This document shows, in pieces, positions 7,995 to 16,374 of a DNA stretch of 64,000 bases. The stretch is from a bacterium. GTDB taxonomy: Bacteria; Hinthialibacterota; Hinthialibacteria; Hinthialibacterales; Hinthialibacteraceae. The DNA lies in assembly GCA_963662285.2 (NCBI GenBank), contig CAXXMV010000002.1, positions 864,001-928,000 of the forward strand, written 5' to 3'. The position numbers and the translations under genes are program-made. The notes under the pieces were generated by a model that was given only the letters and a program-made list of their open reading frames with translations, ran no database searches and had not been told where the DNA came from. Each line of letters begins with the position of its first letter. The stretch's first letter is position 1.

Positions 7995-9335
7995 ATGTCA
8001 TACACAAGCGATATATTCGAATTAGTTAAAAGGCGTAATCCGTCAGAGGTTGAATTTCACCAGGCAGTCAAAGAAGTTCTCGATTCACTGGAACCGGTTA
8101 TGGAGCGCCATCCGATTTATCAGAAATCGAGAATTCTTGAGCGCATCACTGAACCAGAGCGCGTCCTTATGTTCCGCGTTCCATGGTTCGACGATAACAA
8201 TGTTCCGCAAGTAAACCGGGGCTTCCGCATCGAATTCAGCAGCGCTATCGGCCCTTACAAGGGTGGACTGCGCTTTCATCCTTCGGTAAATCTGGGCATT
8301 CTAAAATTCCTGGCTTTTGAGCAGGTCTTCAAGAATTCATTAACAACTCTTCCCATCGGCGGCGGCAAGGGTGGGTCCGATTTCGATCCTAAAGGCAAAT
8401 CGGATGAAGAGATCATGCGTTTTTGCCAATCCTTCATGACCGAATTATGTAAACACATTGGCCACAATACAGATGTTCCTGCGGGCGACATCGGGGTTGG
8501 CGGTCGTGAAATCGGTTTTCTGTTCGGCCAATACAAACGCATCCGTAATGAGTTCGTCGGCGTACTAACCGGAAAAGGACTAGACTGGGGCGGCTCGCTT
8601 ATTCGTCCTGAAGCGACTGGTTATGGAGCGGTTTATTTCGCTCAAAATATGCTAAGCGGCCGTAATGGTGATATGTCAGGTAAAGTTTGTACTGTTTCAG
8701 GTTCTGGTAATGTTGCTCAATATACCGTTGAAAAAATCAATGATTTAGGCGGCAAATGCGTTTCACTGTCTGATTCAAACGGCACTATTTATGATCCTGA
8801 CGGCATTACGCCTGAAAAACTCGCTTTCGTAATGGAATTGAAAAACGTCAAGCGCGGCCGTATCAGTGAATACGCCAAGAAATTCTCCGGCGTTGAATTC
8901 AAAGAAGGCGTGCGTCCCTGGGATATCAAGTGCGACTGCGCTTTCCCATCCGCCACCCAGAACGAAGTTTCAACCAGTGATGCAGAAACATTGGTTAAAA
9001 ACGGCTGCATCCTCGTATCAGAGGGCGCCAACATGCCGACCGAACCAGGCGGCGTGGACGTATTTCTGAAGAATAAAATTCTTTACGGCCCGGGCAAAGC
9101 AGCCAACGCCGGTGGAGTTGCCGTTTCAGGTCTGGAAATGGCTCAGAACTCACAGCATATCTCCTGGACGCGTGACCAGGTGGATAATCATTTAAAAGAC
9201 ATCATGCAAGCTATCTACACGACCTCATCCGAACATGCCCAAGAATACGGCGATCCAGAAAACTTTGTTATAGGCGCCAACATAGCAGGATTCTTGAAAG
9301 TAGCAAACGCAATGATCGATCAGGGTCTTGTATAG
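7995..9335 (+). CDS. gdhA: NADP-specific glutamate dehydrogenase
   Basis: GPYKGGLRFHPSVN, GGGKGGSDFDPKG, DVPAGDIGVG, RPEATGYG, GSGNVA motifs; AAGGAG RBS. Confidence 0.97.
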   Translation: MSYTSDIFELVKRRNPSEVEFHQAVKEVLDSLEPVMERHPIYQKSRILERITEPERVLMFRVPWFDDNNVPQVNRGFRIEFSSAIGPYKGGLRFHPSVNLGILKFLAFEQVFKNSLTTLPIGGGKGGSDFDPKGKSDEEIMRFCQSFMTELCKHIGHNTDVPAGDIGVGGREIGFLFGQYKRIRNEFVGVLTGKGLDWGGSLIRPEATGYGAVYFAQNMLSGRNGDMSGKVCTVSGSGNVAQYTVEKINDLGGKCVSLSDSNGTIYDPDGITPEKLAFVMELKNVKRGRISEYAKKFSGVEFKEGVRPWDIKCDCAFPSATQNEVSTSDAETLVKNGCILVSEGANMPTEPGGVDVFLKNKILYGPGKAANAGGVAVSGLEMAQNSQHISWTRDQVDNHLKDIMQAIYTTSSEHAQEYGDPENFVIGANIAGFLKVANAMIDQGLV

Positions 9336-9395
9336 ATTTCTAAAAACTTGTCAAAATTTCTCTGATTGAATAAAACTATTTATTCTTTTGAAACA

Positions 9396-9427
9396 GGGGC
9401 GGCGCTGAACCGCCCCTTCTTCTTTTT
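9396..9427 (+). terminator. Intrinsic terminator after gdhA
   Basis: GGGGCGG-CGCTGAA-CCGCCCC followed by a T-rich tract. Confidence 0.75.
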
Positions 9428-9514
9428 AAACCAGGAGTGATGCGACTTGCCTAAGAGCCGTGTTTTATGTTATCTTTGTTTTGACGAAGAGGCTCTATTT
9501 ATTAGGGTGGCTTT

Positions 9515-9547
9515 GGTGGGCTACGCTTCGCTTTTAGCCCACCCTAC
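9515..9547 (-). repeat. GTAG-type REP (GTAGGGTGGGC variant)
   Basis: GGTGGGCTA...TAGCCCACCCTAC hairpin with terminal CTAC. Confidence 0.65.
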
Positions 9548-9776
9548 TGGCCTTAGAACCATGCAAGCCCTGGGTCAGAACATGGCCTGGCTGCTGAAGA
9601 AGATAAACGCTTAGAATAATTCCAATATAAAACACCGGGCCGCTCAGCAAGAAGATTGCCGGGCGGCCCGATATTGTTTTATCAGAGTGATCTTTTTGCT
9701 AAGGAATCTGTGGTCCAAATTCATATAGATCGTAATTCGAAAACAGCCCTTATTTGGACTGCTCTAAAGAAATGTC

Positions 9777-11048
9777 CTATGGGCTTGAGTTGGCATAAAC
9801 TGGTAAAAAGATATCGCCACGACTTTCAATACCGTTAGAAGGATTATAGACAATATTGGCATAGTCGTTTCGTCTATCAGGACCGATACTGTAATATAAT
9901 TTTTGGGCTTGAGAATAGAGAAATGATTTTGAATTATCTTCAAACGGATCAATCGGTTCTGTTTTGATATACTTGGATATGGCATCTTCCATACTTCGAT
10001 TCTGGCCGTTATCGTTAAGTTGAACTAACCGTTTTGCTAAACGCAATCGGGATAGACGGGTGAGGGCTATCGCTTCATCTTCTTTTACTTTCGAGGATTC
10101 GAAATTAGGAACGCCAACTTTGTAAACTATAGCGTCGATTTGCTTTCCCACGCCCAGTAGGCGTCCAATACCTAAGTAACTTTCCCATTCTGAATCCAAT
10201 TCATATTTATATAAATAATCAGTCCAAAGACGAAAATAATAGCGTTTTGATCTTCTTTGTTGCAGATTTTTGTTCTCAGGCAGTTCTTTTATTATAGCGA
10301 TAACGTCTTGCCAAAACGGATCGGTTATAGAATCAAGCAGAATTTTGGATTCCAACTGGTTCATTTTCAACAAACAGTTTTGTAAAGCAGGCGTTTCCAT
10401 GCATTGGTCTGCCAAATAAGCCATGGTTTTCGCCGCTTTGACTTGTATACCGCTAGCAATCAAATGGGCGCTTAATATCATGTAAAGTGGTCTTTGGGTT
10501 AGGCGAAAAGCGGCAAGATTGGCATTGAACGCTTTTATCCACTGTAGGTCATGGGCTTCAGCCCATGCCGATAGGCACAGAAGGTCTCCACACATATATA
10601 GATGATAGAAATTCACATTTTTTGCACTGCCTTTTGAGGCTTCGACCATAGCAGGGAAAACACTGTCCGATTCTTCTGTAAGGGTTTTCAATTCGTTCAA
10701 CCATGGGCGGATCCGCTGTATTTCCGCCTTCACTCGCATCCAATCAGTAGCAGTAAAGGATTTCCCCTCGATTAATTGATTAAATAGCTGGGGATCCACT
10801 GTTTTAACAGAATAGGTTTGATAATTAGCAACATTTTTTTGAGATTGCTCTTTCATGATGGATGGGATTGAAGTGGTTTGAAAATATACAGAAGGCAGAT
10901 TGATAGGTTCATTCAATATGTTTTGAATTTTTTTGTACTGGTCAGCAGGAATGAAATTTTTAACAACATAGTTTACTTTATAGTGAATACCTAATAGTGG
11001 TACAATAAAGAGAATAATGAATAGAAAAAGCGCAATTTTCCATTTCAT
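9777..11048 (-). CDS. Membrane-anchored helical protein with a C-terminal pilin/GspG-like head
   Basis: N-terminal TM segment; C-terminal GVPNF...PIDPF...YSIGPD...YNPSNGIESRGDIF matches the prepilin motifs at 62018 and 62801. Confidence 0.7.
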   Translation of the reverse strand: MKWKIALFLFIILFIVPLLGIHYKVNYVVKNFIPADQYKKIQNILNEPINLPSVYFQTTSIPSIMKEQSQKNVANYQTYSVKTVDPQLFNQLIEGKSFTATDWMRVKAEIQRIRPWLNELKTLTEESDSVFPAMVEASKGSAKNVNFYHLYMCGDLLCLSAWAEAHDLQWIKAFNANLAAFRLTQRPLYMILSAHLIASGIQVKAAKTMAYLADQCMETPALQNCLLKMNQLESKILLDSITDPFWQDVIAIIKELPENKNLQQRRSKRYYFRLWTDYLYKYELDSEWESYLGIGRLLGVGKQIDAIVYKVGVPNFESSKVKEDEAIALTRLSRLRLAKRLVQLNDNGQNRSMEDAISKYIKTEPIDPFEDNSKSFLYSQAQKLYYSIGPDRRNDYANIVYNPSNGIESRGDIFLPVYANSSP

Positions 11049-11222
11049 CGGTTCTTCTCCTATGGATGTTGAAGGTTTTTTTTAATTATTGATACTCTAA
11101 AACTTATGTCAATAGGTTTTTTTGAGATCGTTGTTTAGGATTAAACTTTGTATATATGTTGTTGATAAAGGCTTGAAATTATGGTATGAACATAGCAAAA
11201 CGAATTTGAATGGCTTACGTAA

Positions 11223-13823
11223 ATGAAAAATATTCTTGTTTGCGTTTTTTTTGTCATGTTTTGCAGCAGTTTTCCTTGGGAATCTGTTGCGGATGAGTAT
11301 GCCGCAAAATTTGGCCTTTTTGATGCTACAGCAGACTGGGGTCTACCGCTATTTCCTCCACAACAAGGCATATATAAAGTTCCTGGAAAAGTCTCAGTTT
11401 CACATTTAAGAGATGGATTCATTTACGATATTTTTGGTAATGGAGATGATATTGGAAATATATCTGATGAAGGATTCTTTGTATATGGGGATCGTGCAGG
11501 ATCATGGAAATTATCTGCCAAAGTGCATTGGATTGAAGGAGGTGGTCCTCAAGGCCGGAGCCTGGGAAAAGTCGGCCTGCAAATACGGGAAAGAGGCCCC
11601 GATCCAGGTTCAAAATTCTATTTCTTTGCTTTGAAATCGGGTTGGGGGAAATATATTGGGATGGAATCGTCGATAATATTCCGATTGGATGATAATACCA
11701 TTGCAGAATCAACGCAAAATATTAAAGATTTGCATGGGGAAGATCTTCATGATCCCGGGTCAGGGATTTTCTTCAAGGTGACAAGGATAGCTCCACTCAA
11801 TTTGATCCGAGCAGAATGTTCGTATGATGGCATAACATGGCGCATGGTACATGAATGCTATTTCCTTATGCATGAAACAGTCGCTTACGGGATTGCAATC
11901 ACTAACCGGGCAGATAGTGAGGAATTGGGGCATGCTCGTATTTCAAACCTAAATCTCGAACCAGTTGAACTATCGGCTTATCGAATCCTTTCCCAAGAAC
12001 GATATCTACCTGGAGAACAAGTTAAGGTAATTCTAGAATTTTTAAATCCCTATGTAAAAACAAAAACCATTCAACTTGTTGAAATGCTTCCTCGCAATTG
12101 GCGAGCAACTAATATCTCGTACAGCAATGAGGATTACATCCAGGTAGGATTGAATTCAACTCCTATCAATGAATCTGAAAAACAGCGCATTTACCGGACT
12201 TTACATCTCAAACCGGGCTTGTCTTACATGACATATCTGGCAAATGCGATGGAATCTAATATCCAAGAAGCTGTTTTTTCCGGTCGGATCAATGAGGCAA
12301 AAACCGAAGGAAAATCAAAATTAGTATTAAGCCCTTTCTCGTTTTCAGAAAACCGGAGGCGTACATTTTTGCAGACACTGTATACAGCCATTCCGATGGT
12401 TATGGCAGTGGTGCACTTTATCCTTTTCCTTTTTTATCCTCGAATGAAAGAGAACCTGCATTTCGCAATATTTTCTTGCGGAGTAGCGTTATTTGGATTC
12501 ACCTTATTTCAATGGGAATTATTGGCTACCCGCTTTTTCTTTTTAAGGTATCTCTCGCAATTCCTTCTGGCAGTGCTGACATTGCGTTTTTTTTATAGTT
12601 TATCATACGATAAAATTCCGTTACGATTTTGGTATATCATCTCATTACCGTTACTCGTTGTCTGGATATCTATTTGGTTACCGCTTTACCCACTCGATAT
12701 GATGGTTTTTAACATTTATATATTATATGTATTTGTTGAAATTATCCGCATTCTGATTCACCCCATTCGGTTAGCTGAAAAAGAAGGGATTTGGATTCCT
12801 GCTTTGGGAGCATTGATCTTTTGTTTGATTCTTGTTTACACAGCATTTGCGCAGATAATGGGATGGCCTGACTATTACGAACATGGCCCGTGGCCTTTAC
12901 TGCTGATTTTTTTATTCATGTCTGTTTATTTGGCTTATCAGTTTGCCAAAACCAATAAAGACCTTGCTATCCTGAATCTTGAATTAGAGATGAGAATTGA
13001 GGAGCGCACAGTTCAACTGAAAGAAGCGCAAAATCAAATAATTCTATCAGAAAAAATGGCGTCTCTCGGTCAACTGGTTGCAGGAGTCGCTCATGAGATC
13101 AACAATCCTATCAACTTTATTCGATCAAACCTACAACCTTTGAAAGAGTATTTATCGGGTTATAAAAAAGCATTCGATGCCATGAAGCAAATGAAAGAGC
13201 GTTTTCCACATGACATCAAATCGGCCTTTGAGGAAATTGCCGAAAATGAAGATTTAGATTTCGCCTGTGAAGATAGTGATAAACTGATTCAATCCTTTGA
13301 AGATGGTTCTAATCGAATTGCCCAGATAGTTGCCGGCCTTCGACAGTATTCCCGCGTCGATGAGGAATACTATTCCCCATACGATCTCCGCGAGGCCATC
13401 GATTCGACTCTGGATCTTCTTTTTAATAGATACAAAGATAAGATCAGAATTCAAAAAAACTATGACGATATTCCACAAGTCAACTGTTCACCAGGAAAAA
13501 TCAATCAAGCCTTCATGAATTTACTTTCGAACGCGATTGAGGCGATTGAAGGAGAAGGTAATATTTGGATTCATACTACTAGGCAAGACGAAAACGTTTT
13601 AGTGAAAATCCGTGATGATGGAAAAGGAATTGCTAAAGAGATTCAGTCAAAGATATTTGATCCATTTTTTACGACTAAGCCTGTCGGGGAAGGAACCGGT
13701 TTAGGTTTATCAATTACATATAGCATAATCGAACAGCATGGGGGGACAATTATCATTGAAAGTGAAGTGGGGAAAGGAACAACTTTCACTGTGATATTGC
13801 CTATCAAAAAAGATATTGAATAA
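11223..13823 (+). CDS. Sensor histidine kinase: extracellular beta-rich domain, 7TM (DISM-like) region, HisKA, HATPase
   Basis: Signal peptide; about 7 TM segments; EKMASLGQLVAGVAHEINNP H-box; NLLSNAIEA, DDGKG, FDPFFTTKPVGEGTGLGL boxes. Confidence 0.92.
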   Translation: MKNILVCVFFVMFCSSFPWESVADEYAAKFGLFDATADWGLPLFPPQQGIYKVPGKVSVSHLRDGFIYDIFGNGDDIGNISDEGFFVYGDRAGSWKLSAKVHWIEGGGPQGRSLGKVGLQIRERGPDPGSKFYFFALKSGWGKYIGMESSIIFRLDDNTIAESTQNIKDLHGEDLHDPGSGIFFKVTRIAPLNLIRAECSYDGITWRMVHECYFLMHETVAYGIAITNRADSEELGHARISNLNLEPVELSAYRILSQERYLPGEQVKVILEFLNPYVKTKTIQLVEMLPRNWRATNISYSNEDYIQVGLNSTPINESEKQRIYRTLHLKPGLSYMTYLANAMESNIQEAVFSGRINEAKTEGKSKLVLSPFSFSENRRRTFLQTLYTAIPMVMAVVHFILFLFYPRMKENLHFAIFSCGVALFGFTLFQWELLATRFFFLRYLSQFLLAVLTLRFFYSLSYDKIPLRFWYIISLPLLVVWISIWLPLYPLDMMVFNIYILYVFVEIIRILIHPIRLAEKEGIWIPALGALIFCLILVYTAFAQIMGWPDYYEHGPWPLLLIFLFMSVYLAYQFAKTNKDLAILNLELEMRIEERTVQLKEAQNQIILSEKMASLGQLVAGVAHEINNPINFIRSNLQPLKEYLSGYKKAFDAMKQMKERFPHDIKSAFEEIAENEDLDFACEDSDKLIQSFEDGSNRIAQIVAGLRQYSRVDEEYYSPYDLREAIDSTLDLLFNRYKDKIRIQKNYDDIPQVNCSPGKINQAFMNLLSNAIEAIEGEGNIWIHTTRQDENVLVKIRDDGKGIAKEIQSKIFDPFFTTKPVGEGTGLGLSITYSIIEQHGGTIIIESEVGKGTTFTVILPIKKDIE

Positions 13824-14125
13824 GCCCTTTCTATGCGGTATTGCCTGCATATTCTCAATGAGCGAACATGCCAGTTCGATTCATCTCGATAATAATGCGC
13901 CAATAACTAGCGTTCAATTGTACGATGTAGTAATTTTAGAGACTCTGAAAAAACGCTTCTTTAAAAAATCTTATAATTCAAATGTTCCTGATTCTCATCT
14001 TTAATGGAATCAAGTAAATAATGCGGTAGGTCTCAGCCTGCAAAATCTTTGCATTGATCCTCTGGACATGTTCTACGATTGAAAATCATTGATCCGATAT
14101 TTTTTATAAATCTCAAAAAAAACTC

Positions 14126-14169
14126 TTGACAAACAAAAGTTGATGATTTAATGTTGGTGAATTAACGTT
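14126..14169 (+). promoter_or_regulatory. Promoter and tandem candidate operator of the BlaI-like gene
   Basis: TTGACA at 14126 followed by GTTGATGATTTAAT / GTTGGTGAATTAAC tandem 14-mers overlapping the -10 region. Confidence 0.5.
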
Positions 14170-14189
14170 AAGAAATGCGAGGTTAAATT

Positions 14190-14576
14190 ATGGCACGCCC
14201 GCAAAAATCAATTTTAACCGAATGGGAAACGGTCATCATGCAGATCGTTTGGGAGAAAGGCAAAACTTACGCGGATGAAATTCGCGAAATCCTCCGCTCG
14301 AAAGGATTCAAGAGAAGCGATTCGGCTATTCGCAGCACCTTGCGAATTCTTGAGAAAAAAGAAGCCCTTACTCACATTACCCAGGATCGAACCTTTATTT
14401 ACTCTCCTGTTCTCAGCCGTGAACAGGCGGAATCGGATGCAGTTCATTATATGAAAAATGTTTTTTTTCCAAATTCTCCCGGCGCCTTGGCTATGAGGGT
14501 GTTGGATGAAACTGAATTGACTCCGGATGTGATTGAGAAAATGCAAGAAATGCTCAAGGAGGCCAAGAAAAAATGA
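14190..14576 (+). CDS. BlaI/MecI/CopY family transcriptional repressor
   Basis: LTEWETVIMQIVW, STLRILEKK, RTFIYSP..SRE, VFF..S pattern; ATGA overlap with the next gene. Confidence 0.9.
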   Translation: MARPQKSILTEWETVIMQIVWEKGKTYADEIREILRSKGFKRSDSAIRSTLRILEKKEALTHITQDRTFIYSPVLSREQAESDAVHYMKNVFFPNSPGALAMRVLDETELTPDVIEKMQEMLKEAKKK

Positions 14577-14779
14577 ACGTACAATCAATTATTTATTCGA
14601 GTGTGGAATGGTTGCGCAGTGAATATGGTTCGTTTTTAGTGTGGTGGATTGTGGGGTGCTCGGTCATCCTTCTTCTTTCTGAAATTGTTCACCGTTTGTT
14701 ATCCGACAACAAAATCGCGTCAAAGGCTTTCGTGTGGCGAACCGCCGTGGTTGTCGCTTTGTTTCTTCCTATTTCATAT
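14573..14779 (+). pseudogene. N-terminal fragment of a BlaR1/M56-type membrane sensor, truncated by an IS
   Basis: Coupled to the blaI-like gene; two TM segments with ASKAFVWRTAVVVALFLP typical of M56 N-termini; frame enters the IS TIR at about 14780. Confidence 0.7.
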
Positions 14780-14879
14780 TCAGACCTCCTGAGCTCACCC
14801 GTGGTTTGCGGTTCTCGCGGGATTTTGTTAGGATACTGGAGGGAAGGCCAATCCTGCAGAGTATGAGGGAGTTAAAAAA

Positions 14880-15344
14880 ATGCCGCAGACCTTATTACCT
14901 CTATTCGCATCAGGCGAAGGATTCATATCCGAGTTGATTTCCTATCAAAAAAAAGATGGATCGGTGTACTACTTTCATGCCGGATTACCGGTTTTCAGTC
15001 ATGGGGAAACCGACCTTAAAAGTTTTCGCATGTTCACCAGCCAGTTGGCGGTCAGTGGAGTCTGCCGCCAAGTTGACATCGTTAGAGCCTTTGGCATCAG
15101 CGCCATCAGTATGAAGCGATGGGTCAAGAAATACCGCGAGGAAGGCCCGGAAGCATTCTTCAAAACTCCGCGCCGACGCAGCGAACATGTCCTGACGCCG
15201 GAGGTGTTGCAAAAAACCCAAGACCTCTTATCGCAGGGCGTGAGCCGTTCCGAAGCAGCGAAGCAAATGAATCTAAAATCGAATACCTTGTCGAAGGCGA
15301 TCTGCGCAGGCCGCTTGACCGAACCGGTAAAAAAAAAGACCTGA
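14880..15344 (+). CDS. IS ORF A, helix-turn-helix protein
   Basis: RQVDIVRAFGISAISMKRWVKKYREEG HTH; ends at an A9G run containing the A-AAA-AAG slippery site. Confidence 0.8.
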   Translation: MPQTLLPLFASGEGFISELISYQKKDGSVYYFHAGLPVFSHGETDLKSFRMFTSQLAVSGVCRQVDIVRAFGISAISMKRWVKKYREEGPEAFFKTPRRRSEHVLTPEVLQKTQDLLSQGVSRSEAAKQMNLKSNTLSKAICAGRLTEPVKKKT

Positions 15345-16180
15345 ACGGCAGCAACAAAAGCCAGCGCAGCGCGGCGGATCATGCCGCTCCCATGGGGATG
15401 GGATGTACGCGGGTCGTGGAGCGGGTCTGCGCGGCGACGGGGCAACTCAGCGAAGCGCCCACCCGTTTCGAGACCTCGCTGGACGTCTGCAATGGCGGCG
15501 TGCTTTGGGCGCTGCCGGCGTTATCGGCCAATGGATTGTTGACCAAAACAGAAGCCTTGTTCTCCCTGCCCAAAGGTTATTATTCCTGCATTCATATTTT
15601 CCTGCTGTTAGCTTTCATGGCCTTGATCCGGATCAAGACCAACGAACAGTTGCGCTATTTTCCGGCGGGAGAAGGGGGCAAATGGCTGGGATTGGATCGA
15701 ATCCCCGAAGTGCGGACCTTGCGGGAAAAGATCAAAATCCTGGCGGCGCCCGAATCGGTCGCGCAATGGAGCCGCATCTTGTCACGGCATTGGATGGATA
15801 ACAATCCAGAGGCGGCGGGAGTTCTGTATATCGATGGACACGTACGCGTCTATCACGGCTCGCAAACCCCGCTCCCCAAACGGTACGTGGCGCGCGACCG
15901 CTTGTGCATGCGGGGCACGACCGACTATTGGGTAAACGATCAGCAGGGCGATCCGTTCTTCGTGGTGAGCACGCCGTTCACCGCGGGATTGCTCATTCCG
16001 GATGAGGAAAACAAAACCTTAACGGTGCAGTTGCACCATTTGACCAACCACCTATCGGATCAAGCCGCCCGCAACTTAGCAGCGAATCTCAACGCCACAG
16101 AAACCATCTACCCCGGCACGGAATTGCGACTAATCTACAAACTGGTATCGGATGAAATTCCACCAGATCAGGAGGTCTGA
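15329..16180 (+). pseudogene. IS ORF B, putative transposase with an apparent internal deletion
   Basis: -1 frame after the slippery site; YIDGHVRVYHG..LPKRYV..TTDYWVND, then an abrupt jump at about 15991 to the C-terminal LIPDEENKTLTVQL..YPGTELRLIY; stop codon lies in the right TIR. Confidence 0.7.
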
Positions 16181-16249
16181 ATTTTTCTTTGGTACAATTC
16201 TGAAGGTTCAGGGACACGTGAAAATCGGTGTATAATATAACCAATTATT

Positions 16250-16283
16250 AAGGGGTGCGTGAGTTTTCACGCACCCCTTTTTT
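16250..16283 (+). terminator. Intrinsic terminator
   Basis: AAGGGGTGCGTGA-GTTT-TCACGCACCCCTT followed by a T tract. Confidence 0.8.
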
Positions 16284-16313
16284 AATCATGATTGCTATTA
16301 CTCAGGTTATCGC

Positions 16314-16355
16314 ATCAAGGGCTGACCGCATTGCGGTCTTGCCCTTGGCGCCCAG
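16314..16355 (+). repeat. 42-bp palindromic REP-like repeat, copy 2
   Basis: ATCAAGGGCTGACCGCATTGCGGTCTTGCCCTTGGCGCCCAG. Confidence 0.85.
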
Positions 16356-16374
16356 TCATGCGAACTAAACCACT

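Larger units (their letters stand above)
14780..16180 (+). mobile_element. Insertion sequence, internally deleted, two ORFs joined by a -1 frameshift
   Basis: TIRs TCAGACCTCCTGA / TCAGGAGGTCTGA; HTH ORF plus transposase ORF; higher GC than the flanks; no matching TSD. Confidence 0.85.
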
